A model generated the notes under the pieces. The model searched no databases, was not told where the DNA came from, and saw only the letters and a list, made by a program, of their open reading frames with translations. A stretch of DNA of 59,435 nucleotides, counting the filler, from Sphacelaria rigidula (Eukaryota): NCBI GenBank assembly GCA_964200075.2. It is 8 parts of 8 records of this genome, joined end to end, with 100 filler letters (N's around TTAATTAATTAA, not from the genome) between each part and the next. Parts side by side here need not be neighbours in the genome. Positions count along the whole stretch, not along the records: positions 1 to 7,343 come from CAXNAA020015343.1; positions 7,444 to 14,786 come from CAXNAA020015344.1; 6 more parts are not named here. One strand, written 5' to 3'. Shown piece after piece: positions 1 through 10,782 of the stretch. A program made the translations under genes and the position numbers. Position 1 is the stretch's first letter. Each line of letters begins with the position of its first letter.

Positions 1-2
1 CG

Positions 3-3000
3 AAGAGCACGTTAGTAAGCGAGGTAATGACACCACACCCCACCATGGTGAGGATGGACGATAGCGCCATGGACTGCTTGGGAATCATGATCGAGCGGCG
101 GTTCAGGCACTTACCGGTCAGTGCGTCAGGATCACGTTTTTGCCTGATTGTTGGGACGGAATTAAGGTCCAAGTTGTTGCCGTGTTGGGTCCTGATATAT
201 GTTGCCAGAGGTGATGCACAATGGTGCCATACTGTTATTCCCGACACAACGGTGGGCAATATCGTTAAGTTAGTCAGGAAATATATATATATATAATGTC
301 AAGTGCTGTTCCGTTTCACATCTAGTATACCGTGCGTGATTGCTGGGGCGCCAATGGTTGAATGCGTTTGCTTGGGTTGTGGGTGGTTGCGGAAATACTG
401 GGGGATTGCCTCGGATATCACATCCACGTTTCTGATATGAAAATTTGTTGCATATCATCGTATGGTACACACACAAATCCGTTCGTATTTGGGTAGGGTG
501 CTTTATTGCTTATCAGGACGTGGTGCTGTGATGATAAGTTCAGTGATGTGTTCCGACTAGTGCATAGTTTTTGGTCAACGCTGCGGCCGATATGACTCTG
601 GTATTTTTCAAAATATTTTGATGACTGCTTGGTGCGGTGGCAATGGTGCGTACTTGTTTTTGATCAGGTGGTGGACGGTTACGGCAATATCGCTGGACTG
701 TTGAGCATTGCCAGGTGTCTGTACGACGCCATTCACAGGCTGGAGAAGAAGGCCATCAAAGCCGAGGAAAAAGCCGCGGCAGGCGGAGACACCGCCGATA
801 TTGCTGCGTCTTTCCTCAAGGTATGCCGGTGCCCGAAATGGACACTACCGCTCTCCATTTCTAAGAGTCATCTTCCAGCACTTCAAACGTGTGGTATTGA
901 TGAATGGGATGGTAAAAAGGCGTCCATTGCTGTCATGCTGCCGCAAGATTTGGAGTTATGGTGTTGACCGCTGAATACTCACTGGTCTTCGGTTACTTTT
1001 CTACAGAGGTGTGCTTGGCGAACGGCATGTTTGGCTGCTCTCCCGCCGTATTCGAAGTTGAGAAGTATTGCCTCGATTGTCAAGCATCTTGGATTCTTGT
1101 CATGGTGATGGTCATTATCCAGAGATCGGATATTGGCCCTTGAGCATACATTCCGCAATTCCACCTCTTGCTTTTTGCTCTTCAATTTCTGGGTTCGGGG
1201 CTAGTCTACTCTGCACCAACATTACGCACAACACTCTTGTCGACCAAGCGCACCTAAAGAGGGTAGTACTGTTTCTCCTGTGCTGAAGATCTCTCAGGCG
1301 AACCTTGACTGTGGTCGTGTCTCCCGTGTCTCTATCGCTACTACACTGCCCCCTTCCCCCCGCGTCCCACACATTGTTTCTACAAAACAATCCAGGCAGC
1401 AAGTGCTGGAAAAGGGAAAAACAGGGGTAGGACGAAGGCGAAAGATCTGACGGCAGTACTGGCCATGCTCATGGCGGATGGTGATGGTGCAGAAGCGGTG
1501 AGCATATTCAAGGGAAAGTTCTTATTCCGGTATTATTGTCTCGCTTTTGTCGTGTACAGTGCCCATACAAGACGTTTTTGTTCGCGGGCTACAAAGCTGT
1601 TCCGCTCGAGGGCTGAGCATCATACGTTGGGTATAATCCCAGCTGCGATGTTTGTAATATTTGCGCGCTGATTGATGTGTATATGTAGCAGGGCACGTAA
1701 TCGAGTGTGTCGTTCGCACGGTTGCCGCGCCTCGCTGTTGTAGTGGTACACGTGGCACCATGACCATGAGCGCGAGAAAGCGTGGGTTGAATTCCCAGCA
1801 GATGCGTCTAGTTTGTCTTTTTCTTCTCTCGAGAGGTATCTGATCTCGTCGATGAAAGCGCGAAGACGTACGTGAGTGTTGATGGCGAAAACAAGAGTCT
1901 TTTTGGCTGAGTTCATCAGACGACGGTCGACGCGATGCGGGAGTGCTGGTCATGATCCAATCCGCGAGACTAACATGTAAGGAGGCGTTTATCGGGGGAG
2001 AGACGGCTTGGTCCTCTGAAACCACGGACTCGTCCCGTGGGAGGGGAGGAGTCGAAAGTGTGCGTTTAGGGTTGGAGTTGGGGTTAGGGGTGAATTTGAA
2101 AAACAAGGAAAACGTAGCTTGGTACATTAGTGTTGGTGATTGATATGATTACTTGATCCATTGTCACGCACTCCTTGAAGTACTCCAATACCAATCCAAC
2201 CGTGTTCATAAGATGGACGTGCTCGAGGGAGAGAAATGGAAACACTCGCCAAGAGAAACTTGAGAATGAAACCTGAAAAGAAGAAAATATGGAGAAAAAA
2301 GAGGTCGGTGCTACCGGTCGGAATGTTGATCTCATGGTATAGCGAAGTGCTGTGCATGACGTCTCGTGAGCTTTTTCACCAAGTCACGTGATCGTTCATT
2401 GGGATGCAACCCTACCTGTCCACAAGTGGCGTGTGACCGGCCGACACCATCAATATTGGTAGCAAGGAAACACAAACAAGACCATAAATTTGTGGCGTAC
2501 TTCCAAGTACTGGTCATGTTCACAGCACGATATATTAGTCCGTAGTCATTATTATCATTGTCCATTGAGTTCATGTTGCAATGTAGTTCTTCATTTGGTC
2601 AGTCACTCTTGGATATTCCACAATTCTTCCACGCCGTTTTCCATCCGATTCGTTAATTCGTCATTGTCCATTTCATTCGCCCATTTCCACGTTTCTTTTT
2701 TTTTCCCTCCCAGGAGCCGACGTTGGGAGACCTTTTATCGGAAGAAACGTCTTCGTTCATCGACGGAGGAGATACCGTCACCTCCGCCGCCATCGTCATC
2801 GCCAAGGCCAGAAAAGCGGTCAGTTCTTGTTTCAATATGAACGTAGTAGCAGTGGGAAATCCACCCGACCGCGGCCTGGACGACTTTGCCTGGCGTCGCA
2901 TTCCCGTGTTGGTATTGTCGTGAGGGGACAGACGCAGTTGTTCTGTAACTGTCCCAGCACGATTGTGTTCGCAGTAGTTCTCGTGGAAATTTGTTTTGGG

Positions 3001-4679
3001 GCTGGAAATTTACGGCCGATATCGAATGTGCAATAAGCACCACGATGGGTGGATGGGTAGTGGCAGTGCAACACCGCACTGCCAAGGTGTAACGCTGTTG
3101 GTGATGTGTACCTGCGGAAGAGATGGATCAATCATGCTTGATGCGCGTGTGCACAACTTTATTTTCAGAAAAAGCGAGTCCAAGCGCAGTGAGTAGGTTG
3201 TACGCGCTAGGTGTGAGGCCTCTTATCTGCTCATGGTATCTTTGCTGATCAATTCTGCCGTTGGCCCGAACGGAAAGGTGGATGCAGATATCTAATTCCT
3301 CGCATTGGACGAGTGGTGTCTGAAGTATCATCACCGTGGTACTGCTCTTGCGTTCTAAACGCCGCTTGTGCTTGACAAGATGAATAAATACGGACATGTT
3401 TGATCGTGGACATGGATCAGGTGCTGGCGCTGGACGACGGACATCTGGCTGGCATCGTGACCCCGAAAGACCTACTCAATCGAGTCGTGGCCAAGGGTCT
3501 CAACCCTGATACCACGCGGGTGTCTTCCATCATGACTCCGAACCCCGACACCGTGCCGCCGGACATGACCGTCATAGATGCGCTCAGAGAGGTAGGTTCG
3601 TTGGTGAACACGCAGTCTTGAGCGGCATTCCATTCGCGAATGATTTATGAGCAAGGAGTGTTCAGTATCAAACGCCGAGAATGTTGACGTCTGAAAGAAA
3701 GTTGGTGTGTAAGTGTAATGGTACGTCCACGCCTCAATGTTGTGCGTGTATGTGGCGGCCTTCGAAGGCTTCCGGATATGGCGCATTTTGTATACATGTG
3801 TATGATGTGTAGTACAGTATATACGGGTCATCCTCTCGTAGTGCACGGCGCTGTATGTCCTCGACATGCCGTGAACGACTCATCGCTCTTTCTGAAAAAC
3901 GGGCGTTACATGTGCTCTTGTGAGTCCGGTGCAGCGTTCAATTGCATGTATATGCAGCTGTTCGTTCCTCTCACTTGAGTGCCGTTGTACACAGCCCGCC
4001 TGAATGAAAGAGATACCGGCGCTGCGAAACGTTACTATGTATCCCATGTGGGTTCAATGGCCTGGGGTGGGGGACGGGACCCAACAGATGCATGAGAACA
4101 AGTACCTGCACTTGCCTGTGGTGGACGAAGATACCGGTATTGTACAAGGAGTGGTGAGCGTTATGGAGATTGTACAGGCCACGGCTGGGAGCAAAGGCAG
4201 TTCAAGGCAAGACATACTCGATACCGAGCATTTCTTTTCGGATCGCTTTTTTTCACCCGCGATGCTGTTCCCTGACCAAATGCCCCGGGCGCGGCATGCT
4301 TGTGTTTTGAATTGTTCGCTAGAAGACACCTCGTTCACCTCGTACATACCAGTTGGGTGGCAAAATACTGAGTTAGTTGAGACGGGCTAGAGGCACTCAA
4401 TTGAGAACGAGCGTGCCGCAATAAATTCAGATCCGTAGCACGTCGGCATTTCATTTTGGTGGGTCACACAAGCCTAGTCGCTCAAACCCGCGGTCGTTAC
4501 AGTACTTCCACCGCTTGTTGACGTGCGGAGTGCGACAATACCAGTTCATGGCAAGACTTGTGAAAAGTAGCAGCACTGTCGGAGATGTGCATACTAGCAT
4601 ACCAGGTGTCAGTGAGTCTTGGTACATGCTGTCTTATGCGTCGCTGTTGGTGCTGGTCTCTCGCCATTTGTGTTCTTTC

Positions 4680-4725
<46 letters not shown>

Positions 4726-6462
4726 GCTACGGAGCATTGCACTCTGATGTCGTCCGTTTTCGATCACTACGCATTCTCACGGTGCCCTCCGATGACAATG
4801 TGGATATTGATGGTGGCAGATGGGAGGCGTTCTTCGGGTCGGCAATGGAAGCAACGGACGACGTATCCGACTCTGCTTCTATGTACAGCGTGGACAGGAG
4901 CGTGAGATCAATCCGCTCTGTGAGACCTGGCGGTACGAGAGGCCGTGAGTCAATGAGTAAGGCTGGTACCGGATCTGTCGCTGCTTCTGTTCGAGCGGCG
5001 GCCCCAGAGCAGCACAGGCCTGTGTCCAGCCTGAAGCCGAAGGTGGGAAGACGTACCTGTCTATTTGGTGGTGGTGTCGCTGGTGCTCCTGTTGCAGTTA
5101 TTGTCGTTGAAGTCGTCATCGTTGTCGCCCTTGTTGACGATATGGGAACTGAGCAGTTCAAGTAGAAATGTTTTCGCTCTCCTATTCTTCGCTTTTTGTT
5201 GTGTTCGGTCGAGAGAGCAGGACGGGGAAACTCCACGATGCCGACACACCTCCGATAAACCGCGGCATGTGTCTGTTTTTTTGTGTCTCTTGTCCATGAG
5301 AGTTAATATGCTGACGAGGACACCGGTGAATTGCCATCCAGAAATGAGCCATAGAAGAGCTTCACATAGCGCGTGGTGACGGGGATGTCGACACTAATAT
5401 ATCCAAGTTGCTATTTGTAAATCCTCCAAGTATCATTCCTCCAGTGGGGCTAGGTTTATGGCTCACGCTGGTGTCATTAACGACTTTTGTGATGAATCAA
5501 TTTCCATCTGGTGCTGAGTACGTGCTACTGACATCGCCCCGTTGGTTTTGGACCGTTTACGCTTGGTTGCGCGGTCTTCCGTGCAGCCTCCTCTGTGCGT
5601 TCCGGTGGAGCTGACGGTAGCTCAAGTGGCAATGAGGATGGCGGAGGTGCGGACGGATGCCGCCATACTACTGGGTGCTCAAGGCGACATGAAGGGTATC
5701 CTCACAGACAGCGATGTCGCCAGGTGAATCACATTTTTTTTACTTCACGAAGATTATGGGTAAAATATTTCAGCAGTGTTTCACAGTTATCCTGTCGCAA
5801 GGTCCAGTTGAATTTTCTGCGACAGAGCTTGAAAATATTGGAGGTGCGCAACGGCTCATCATGGTTTATTTCAATAAATGGGTAACAAAATTACAGTTAT
5901 GTGGCCATGTGCAATACACGATCTTATTGCATGAAAAGCCGTATTTTCGTCAGCATCTCAGTTTTCATTGGGGCCTCGGTATTCTGCTACTTTGCACGCG
6001 CCTTCTCCTTGTGTGGATACTACAATAGTGCATGGTACACACGCGTAAGATATTGGTATATTCCTCGTGTACTCACGCGATTAAAATATGAGTTTGACCT
6101 TCACATGCAAAGAGCCTCGAGTAGACAGACTGCTCGTTTCTGACAGGATGGGGGTATCGTTGTACGGTACACGTAGTAGCTTGTACACATCTGCACAGTC
6201 GCTCGTCCTACTCGGGCTAGTCAGCAATAAGCCATCTTTGCTCTCGTCGAACTTGCCTCTCGCCATTATGTGTGTGTTGCTGTGGGGGTCACTGCTATTT
6301 TTCGGGTGTCATGTTCCCAGGAAAGTAGTCGGAGGCTCGCTGGATGCTGATGAGACGCCCGTGGCCACTGTCATGACCCCCAATCCTCTGTGGGTGAATA
6401 CGACGGATAGTGCGATGGAAGCCTTGGGCACCATGCTCGAGAAGCATTTCAGGCATCTGCCG
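3..6462 (+). CDS. Partial multi-exon gene for a tandem CBS-pair (Bateman module) protein; exons <1-116, 668-820, 1396-1497, 2714-2818, 3421-3591, 4088-4206, 4820-5042, 5587-5723, 6321-6462; both ends lie outside the contig
   Basis: Exons splice in consistent phase into one frame with CBS motifs: VMTPHP...DSAMDCL...FRHLP|VVD...GLLSIARCL; LAGIVTPKDLLNRVVAKG...IMTPNP; MHENKYLHLPVVD; KGILTDSDVAR|KVV...VMTPNP...FRHLP. Donors are GT except one GC; acceptors are CAG. Confidence 0.9.
4680..4724 (+). repeat. (ATG)15 microsatellite in an intron
   Basis: Perfect ATG repeat; it produces the poly-M and poly-H ORF artefacts. Confidence 0.95.
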
Positions 6463-6835
6463 GTGAGAGACTTCGCAGTATCGGGGTAAGACTGGTGGCA
6501 ACAGGATTGTCGAACTTTAATTGACCCCCCAGGGATCCAGCCGTGGTGACATGCTAGTTGGCAACAGGATGAAACGGAAAGGGTCGTGCGAAAGCCGATA
6601 TATACTGGACACACGATTGACCTCGGTTGCACCCTGTGCCCCTGTTATTTTGCATCGATCGAAATGCGGTGGAGCATGACATAATCATTCGCGCCAGAAT
6701 TTCATATTTTTCGTTCTTCCCTGCCCCCAGAGTAGAGGTCATGACCATGCATGCGATATTCATAAGACCATTGACCTCGCACCCCTACAAAGCCGGGACG
6801 GAGCACGCCGGGGATTCGCCGGACCAGGCTCGTTT

Positions 6836-7264
6836 GGACCTGGACCTGCCAGAAAGAAAAAAGAGATTTACCAGTCGTCGAGAGGAGGAGGAAATATATG
6901 CACAGAATTGCCCTGTGGCGAAGCAATAGAGAGCAGACGTCATGTAGTGGCAGAATGTGAAGTATACAAGGAGGAACGGGACGTGCTAGAGGGGGAAATG
7001 CAGCACGTGAACAAAGGTGGCATGAAACCGCTTAATGCATTGGACAGTAGGGAGAAAAACGATGGCTATTCTAATATAGGAGATAGATGGTGGCCACAGG
7101 ACGGGGGTGAGATATGTAAATGTTTTTGTCTCATGTATGGAAGAAACGTCATGAGCGCCGGAATGTTGGAGGTGTATTTATTAGGAGTAGGGACGGTGCT
7201 CCACCTCGAAAAGGATGCGCGTGGTCAATGGTCACACGGCTAAGGCAAGCAACAAATGCGTACG

Positions 7265-7295
<31 letters not shown>
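6836..7295 (+). mobile_element. 5'-truncated non-LTR retrotransposon (LINE) 3' end with a poly(C) tail
   Basis: Frameshifted ORF2 C-terminus DLDLPERKKR...CPCGEAIESRRHVVAEC (C-x-C-x8-H-x4-C knuckle)...GDRWWPQ...WKKRHERRNVGG...KASNK, then GTACG and C31 (7265-7295). The same end occurs at 40569-40654. Confidence 0.8.
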
Positions 7296-7296
<1 letters not shown>

Positions 7297-7343
7297 CCCA
7301 CCGGCCCCGCGCCCCCGCCCCCCCCCGCCGCCGCGGCGGCCCC

Positions 7344-7443
7344 NNNNNNNNNNNNNNNNNNNNNNNNNNNNNNNNNNNNNNNNNNNNTTAATTAATTAAN
7401 NNNNNNNNNNNNNNNNNNNNNNNNNNNNNNNNNNNNNNNNNNN
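7344..7443. other. Artificial contig spacer
   Basis: N44-TTAATTAATTAA-N44 (stops in all six frames). Confidence 0.99.
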
Positions 7444-7800
7444 GGAAGAACTGTTTTCTTTGTGGTCGGTTCTTATGCGAAACAGTTCGCGTCACTAATC
7501 AACCAACATTGGAGGCTGTGAAAACACGCACGTTCATTACTCGGATTGGTTGATTAGTGACGCGAACTGTTTCGCATAAGAATCGACCACGAAGAAAACA
7601 GTTCTTCCGTTTGGAACGTTTGGATTTCAGACGGAAGAACTGTTTTCTTCGTGGTCGATTCTTGTGCGAAACAGTTCGCGTCACTAATCAATCAATAGGA
7701 GTAATGAATATGCGTGTTTTCACAGCCTCGAATGTTGGTTGATTAGTGACGCGAACTGTTTCACATAAGAACCGACCACAAAGAAAACAGTTTTTCCGTT
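7444..7800. repeat. Four-arm nested inverted repeat (hairpin of hairpins)
   Basis: About 63-bp arm at 7444-7506 (+), 7546-7608 (-), 7633-7695 (+) and 7735-7797 (-). The two loops are near reverse complements of each other. Confidence 0.9.
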
Positions 7801-9081
7801 TGAAACCCTGACTCTGAATCTGAAACTACACTCTGAATCTAAAAAATATAGCGTTTATCGTAGAAAGTGTCTGCTGCTCGTTCTTTTATGATAGGACAAG
7901 TTTTTCTCCACACAAATGTCATCGGAAACATCGCACAGGGTGCACCGTTGTTACACCATCTGCTGGTGTCCCTGCCCTGTAGCCCTTCACCAAGCCAGCA
8001 GTCCTGCCGTTATCGCATTTCAGTATCGATTGTACACGGTCCCTTGCATTCTTTCACGGGCCCCTTCGTAACACAACCTTTTTTTTTCCACACCAGGTGA
8101 CCGCGGACATCTGTACACGAGGTTCGTACCCGTTCTGGCACCTCCACTGCGTCGCGATACACATCAATTCTGGCTAGTTTATTTTGTCCTCATCTTGTGT
8201 GCTTTGCACATCTGTAGAGCGGCGCCGTACAACACCGCAATCATGAGCAACATACAGTCTGAAAGGCTGAGATATTTTCTACACCGAACCCCTCTCGGTG
8301 AAAAATGCTTTGTTCCCAGGCACGTTCCATTCGCGACACTGCACGCCTGCGACATTTCAACTTACCAGTCGCTGGTTGTCCTCCCGCACGACTCAGATGT
8401 GGCGATTCGCAACAACGCCCTATTTGACACGCGGTGTTGATAGATTCCAGACGTACGCTACCTGCTCACTTGGAGCACACGGCACTCAAACCAGTGCCCT
8501 TTGGTGTGTACCTGTTTTTGGGACACGCCCTCCGCGTTGCCCCTGCTGTGCACTACTTTAACGTTGTTTTATATAACTACATTGTCGCCACGCCAGTGCG
8601 TGACTAAAAGCCTTCGTGCTGCACTACGCCGCACGACCCCACGGTATCTATCCATTTCAAGCTTTTGTTGAAGCTGTTGTGTTGCCCTACGCCGCACGAT
8701 CCTACGGTGCTCATTAAAGTGTTTCTGAGTACCATCAGTCGTTTCCTAGTTTAAGCCGGGGTGATACAGTCGTGGTCGACCCCTGGCGCCGACACCTCCC
8801 TCAAAACGTGTAAGTTGTACCATTTTCCGGTATCAACGCCGCTGCACAAATCAGTTGGATTTGTGCATTTTTCGACGCCGTGCGTTTGTTCCGTGCGCGA
8901 TCCCGAGCTCCCGTTGCTAGCTATTACCGCCACAACTTAGATACTTGTTTCGGAAACAGACCTGCGACATTGTTGTTACATACGGCAATTAGCTTGAATA
9001 ACAAAACTCGAGATCATCAGCTTCCAACCGAAGATCTCTCCAGGGGCTATGAGGCTTCATTATCCCGTATTTCTGCAGACA

Positions 9082-9623
9082 ACACACGTGGACAAATAGC
9101 ACCCTGTGGGACACGTCTACAGAGTTCAGGAAAACTGTGCAGTGTTTCTCACGGGGATCTGGCTGTAGTTTTGTTTTGCGCCCCACAGGACGCTTCACAG
9201 GGTTTCAGGTAAATTGTGCAGGGTTTCTCGCGGGGATTTGAGTGTAGGGTATTATTTTGTGCCACACAGGGCGCTTCACAGGGTTTCGTCACTCCGTGTA
9301 GAATTCATCGCTGTTAATATGCTGTACAGCCTCTGCAGCGCACATACAATATACACACGTGGACAAATAGCACCCTGTGGGACACGTCTACAGAGTTCAG
9401 GAAAACTGTGCAGTGTTTCTCACGGGGATCTGGCTGTAGTTTTTTTTTGCGCCCCACAGGACGCTTCACAGGGTTTCAGGTAAACTGTGCAGGGTTTCTC
9501 GCGGGGATTTGAGTGTAGGATATTATTTTGTGCCACACAGGGCGCTTCACAGGGTTTCGTCACTCCGTGTAGAATTCATCGCTGTTAATATGCTGTACAG
9601 CCTCTGCAGCGCACATACAATAT
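9082..9623 (+). repeat. Near-perfect 271-bp tandem duplication, each unit containing two ~80-bp subrepeats
   Basis: Units 9082-9352 and 9353-9623; near-identical peptides recur in the ORF track. Confidence 0.92.
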
Positions 9624-10682
9624 ACTCCCTACAGCATGGGCATGGTACTAGCAAAAAAAAACGGTCAAGAAATTATGGCAGTGGGACTCTAACTCACGAA
9701 TGCGTGCTTTGGAGTGCGTCAGTCTGCACATTGAGCTACCTGGCTTGTAGTAACATATAAAGTATTTTCTACTTCTATTAACTATCAAGCAAAAACCTCT
9801 CTGAACAAAGGCATACTCGGTTGAGTGATTTTGGTAGACTGCGCAGCACGGGATTTTCAAAAGCAATATACATTCATATGGGAGGTATAAACTGTTCCAC
9901 TAGCATCTTATCACGCCAAGTTTGTGCTTGAAGCACAGGTGTGGATATACACACGTAACCGATGTGTGGGATCTCTACTCAGCGAAAGCTGATGAGAAAC
10001 ATTCATCCTTTGGGGCTATAGGATGAATTGCTCTCAACAACTTGTGTTGCGTACATGATCCCATACGCTGGTAACGGTGCAGTATGCGGGATATGCACAG
10101 CTGACGCTGCTTGCAATAAATCTCTTTTCCCCAAATTTCCGAAAGAAATTGAAGGGCAAAGTGAAGATTTATTTTGAGCTTCTTCTGCTGTTCTAATTCC
10201 AACTCTGCTAGTGTGCATGGGATTTGCGCTGCATAATAAGCTGTTCGAAATAGATATTTTTTCCCCCCCAATTTAAATGGGTGGAAAAAGGATCCATTTT
10301 GAATAGGTTCTTCTGCTGTACGAAATATATCCTTTCTTTGCCCACACAAAATGGGTGAAAAAAGGATCTGTTTTGAATAGCTTCTCCTGCTGTCCGAGAT
10401 AAATTCCTTTTTGCCCGATTCAAATCGGGCAAAAAAGAATTTATCTCGGACAGCAGGAGAAGCTATTCCAGAAAACAAATTACAGATTTTATACGACAAT
10501 AATTTGGAATTTTCGAAATTGGGGAGGCCTCTCCACAGGGTTGATCAGAGGGTTTCGACAAAAACGCTATGCAAAATGCTATTACAGGCACTAGGGTCTG
10601 CAAATGCTGCACAGGGGTTTTCACGAAGACTGTGGAGAACCCTGTGCAGCTCGTCCTACAGGGTGCTACTTGTCCGCGTGTG
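9083..10682. mobile_element. Non-autonomous TIR DNA transposon (CACAC...GTGTG termini) with subterminal repeats
   Basis: Left end CACACGTGGACAAATAGCACCCTGTGGGAC versus reverse complement of right end CACACGCGGACAAGTAGCACCCTGTAGGAC (27/30). Flanks are CAA/CAG. No transposase ORF. Confidence 0.7.
10240..10468. repeat. About 74-bp degenerate tandem repeats ending in a 46-bp-arm palindrome
   Basis: Arms 10375-10420 and 10423-10468, one mismatch, 2-nt loop. Confidence 0.85.
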
Positions 10683-10782
10683 CAGCTTCAGCCATTGCAC
10701 TGAGCATTTCTTGGTGTCATTCTAATTTGATTCGAGCCCGACGATCACACACACACTGCTTTTACTTTTCCAAGCACCCAAG

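Noticed and set aside
2066-2089. Telomere or interstitial telomeric array
   Set aside because: Only four degenerate TTAGGG-like hexamers inside an intron.
4497-4742. Poly-His/poly-Met proteins (also 37274-37603 and 39736-40011)
   Set aside because: Translation artefacts of (ATG)n microsatellites.
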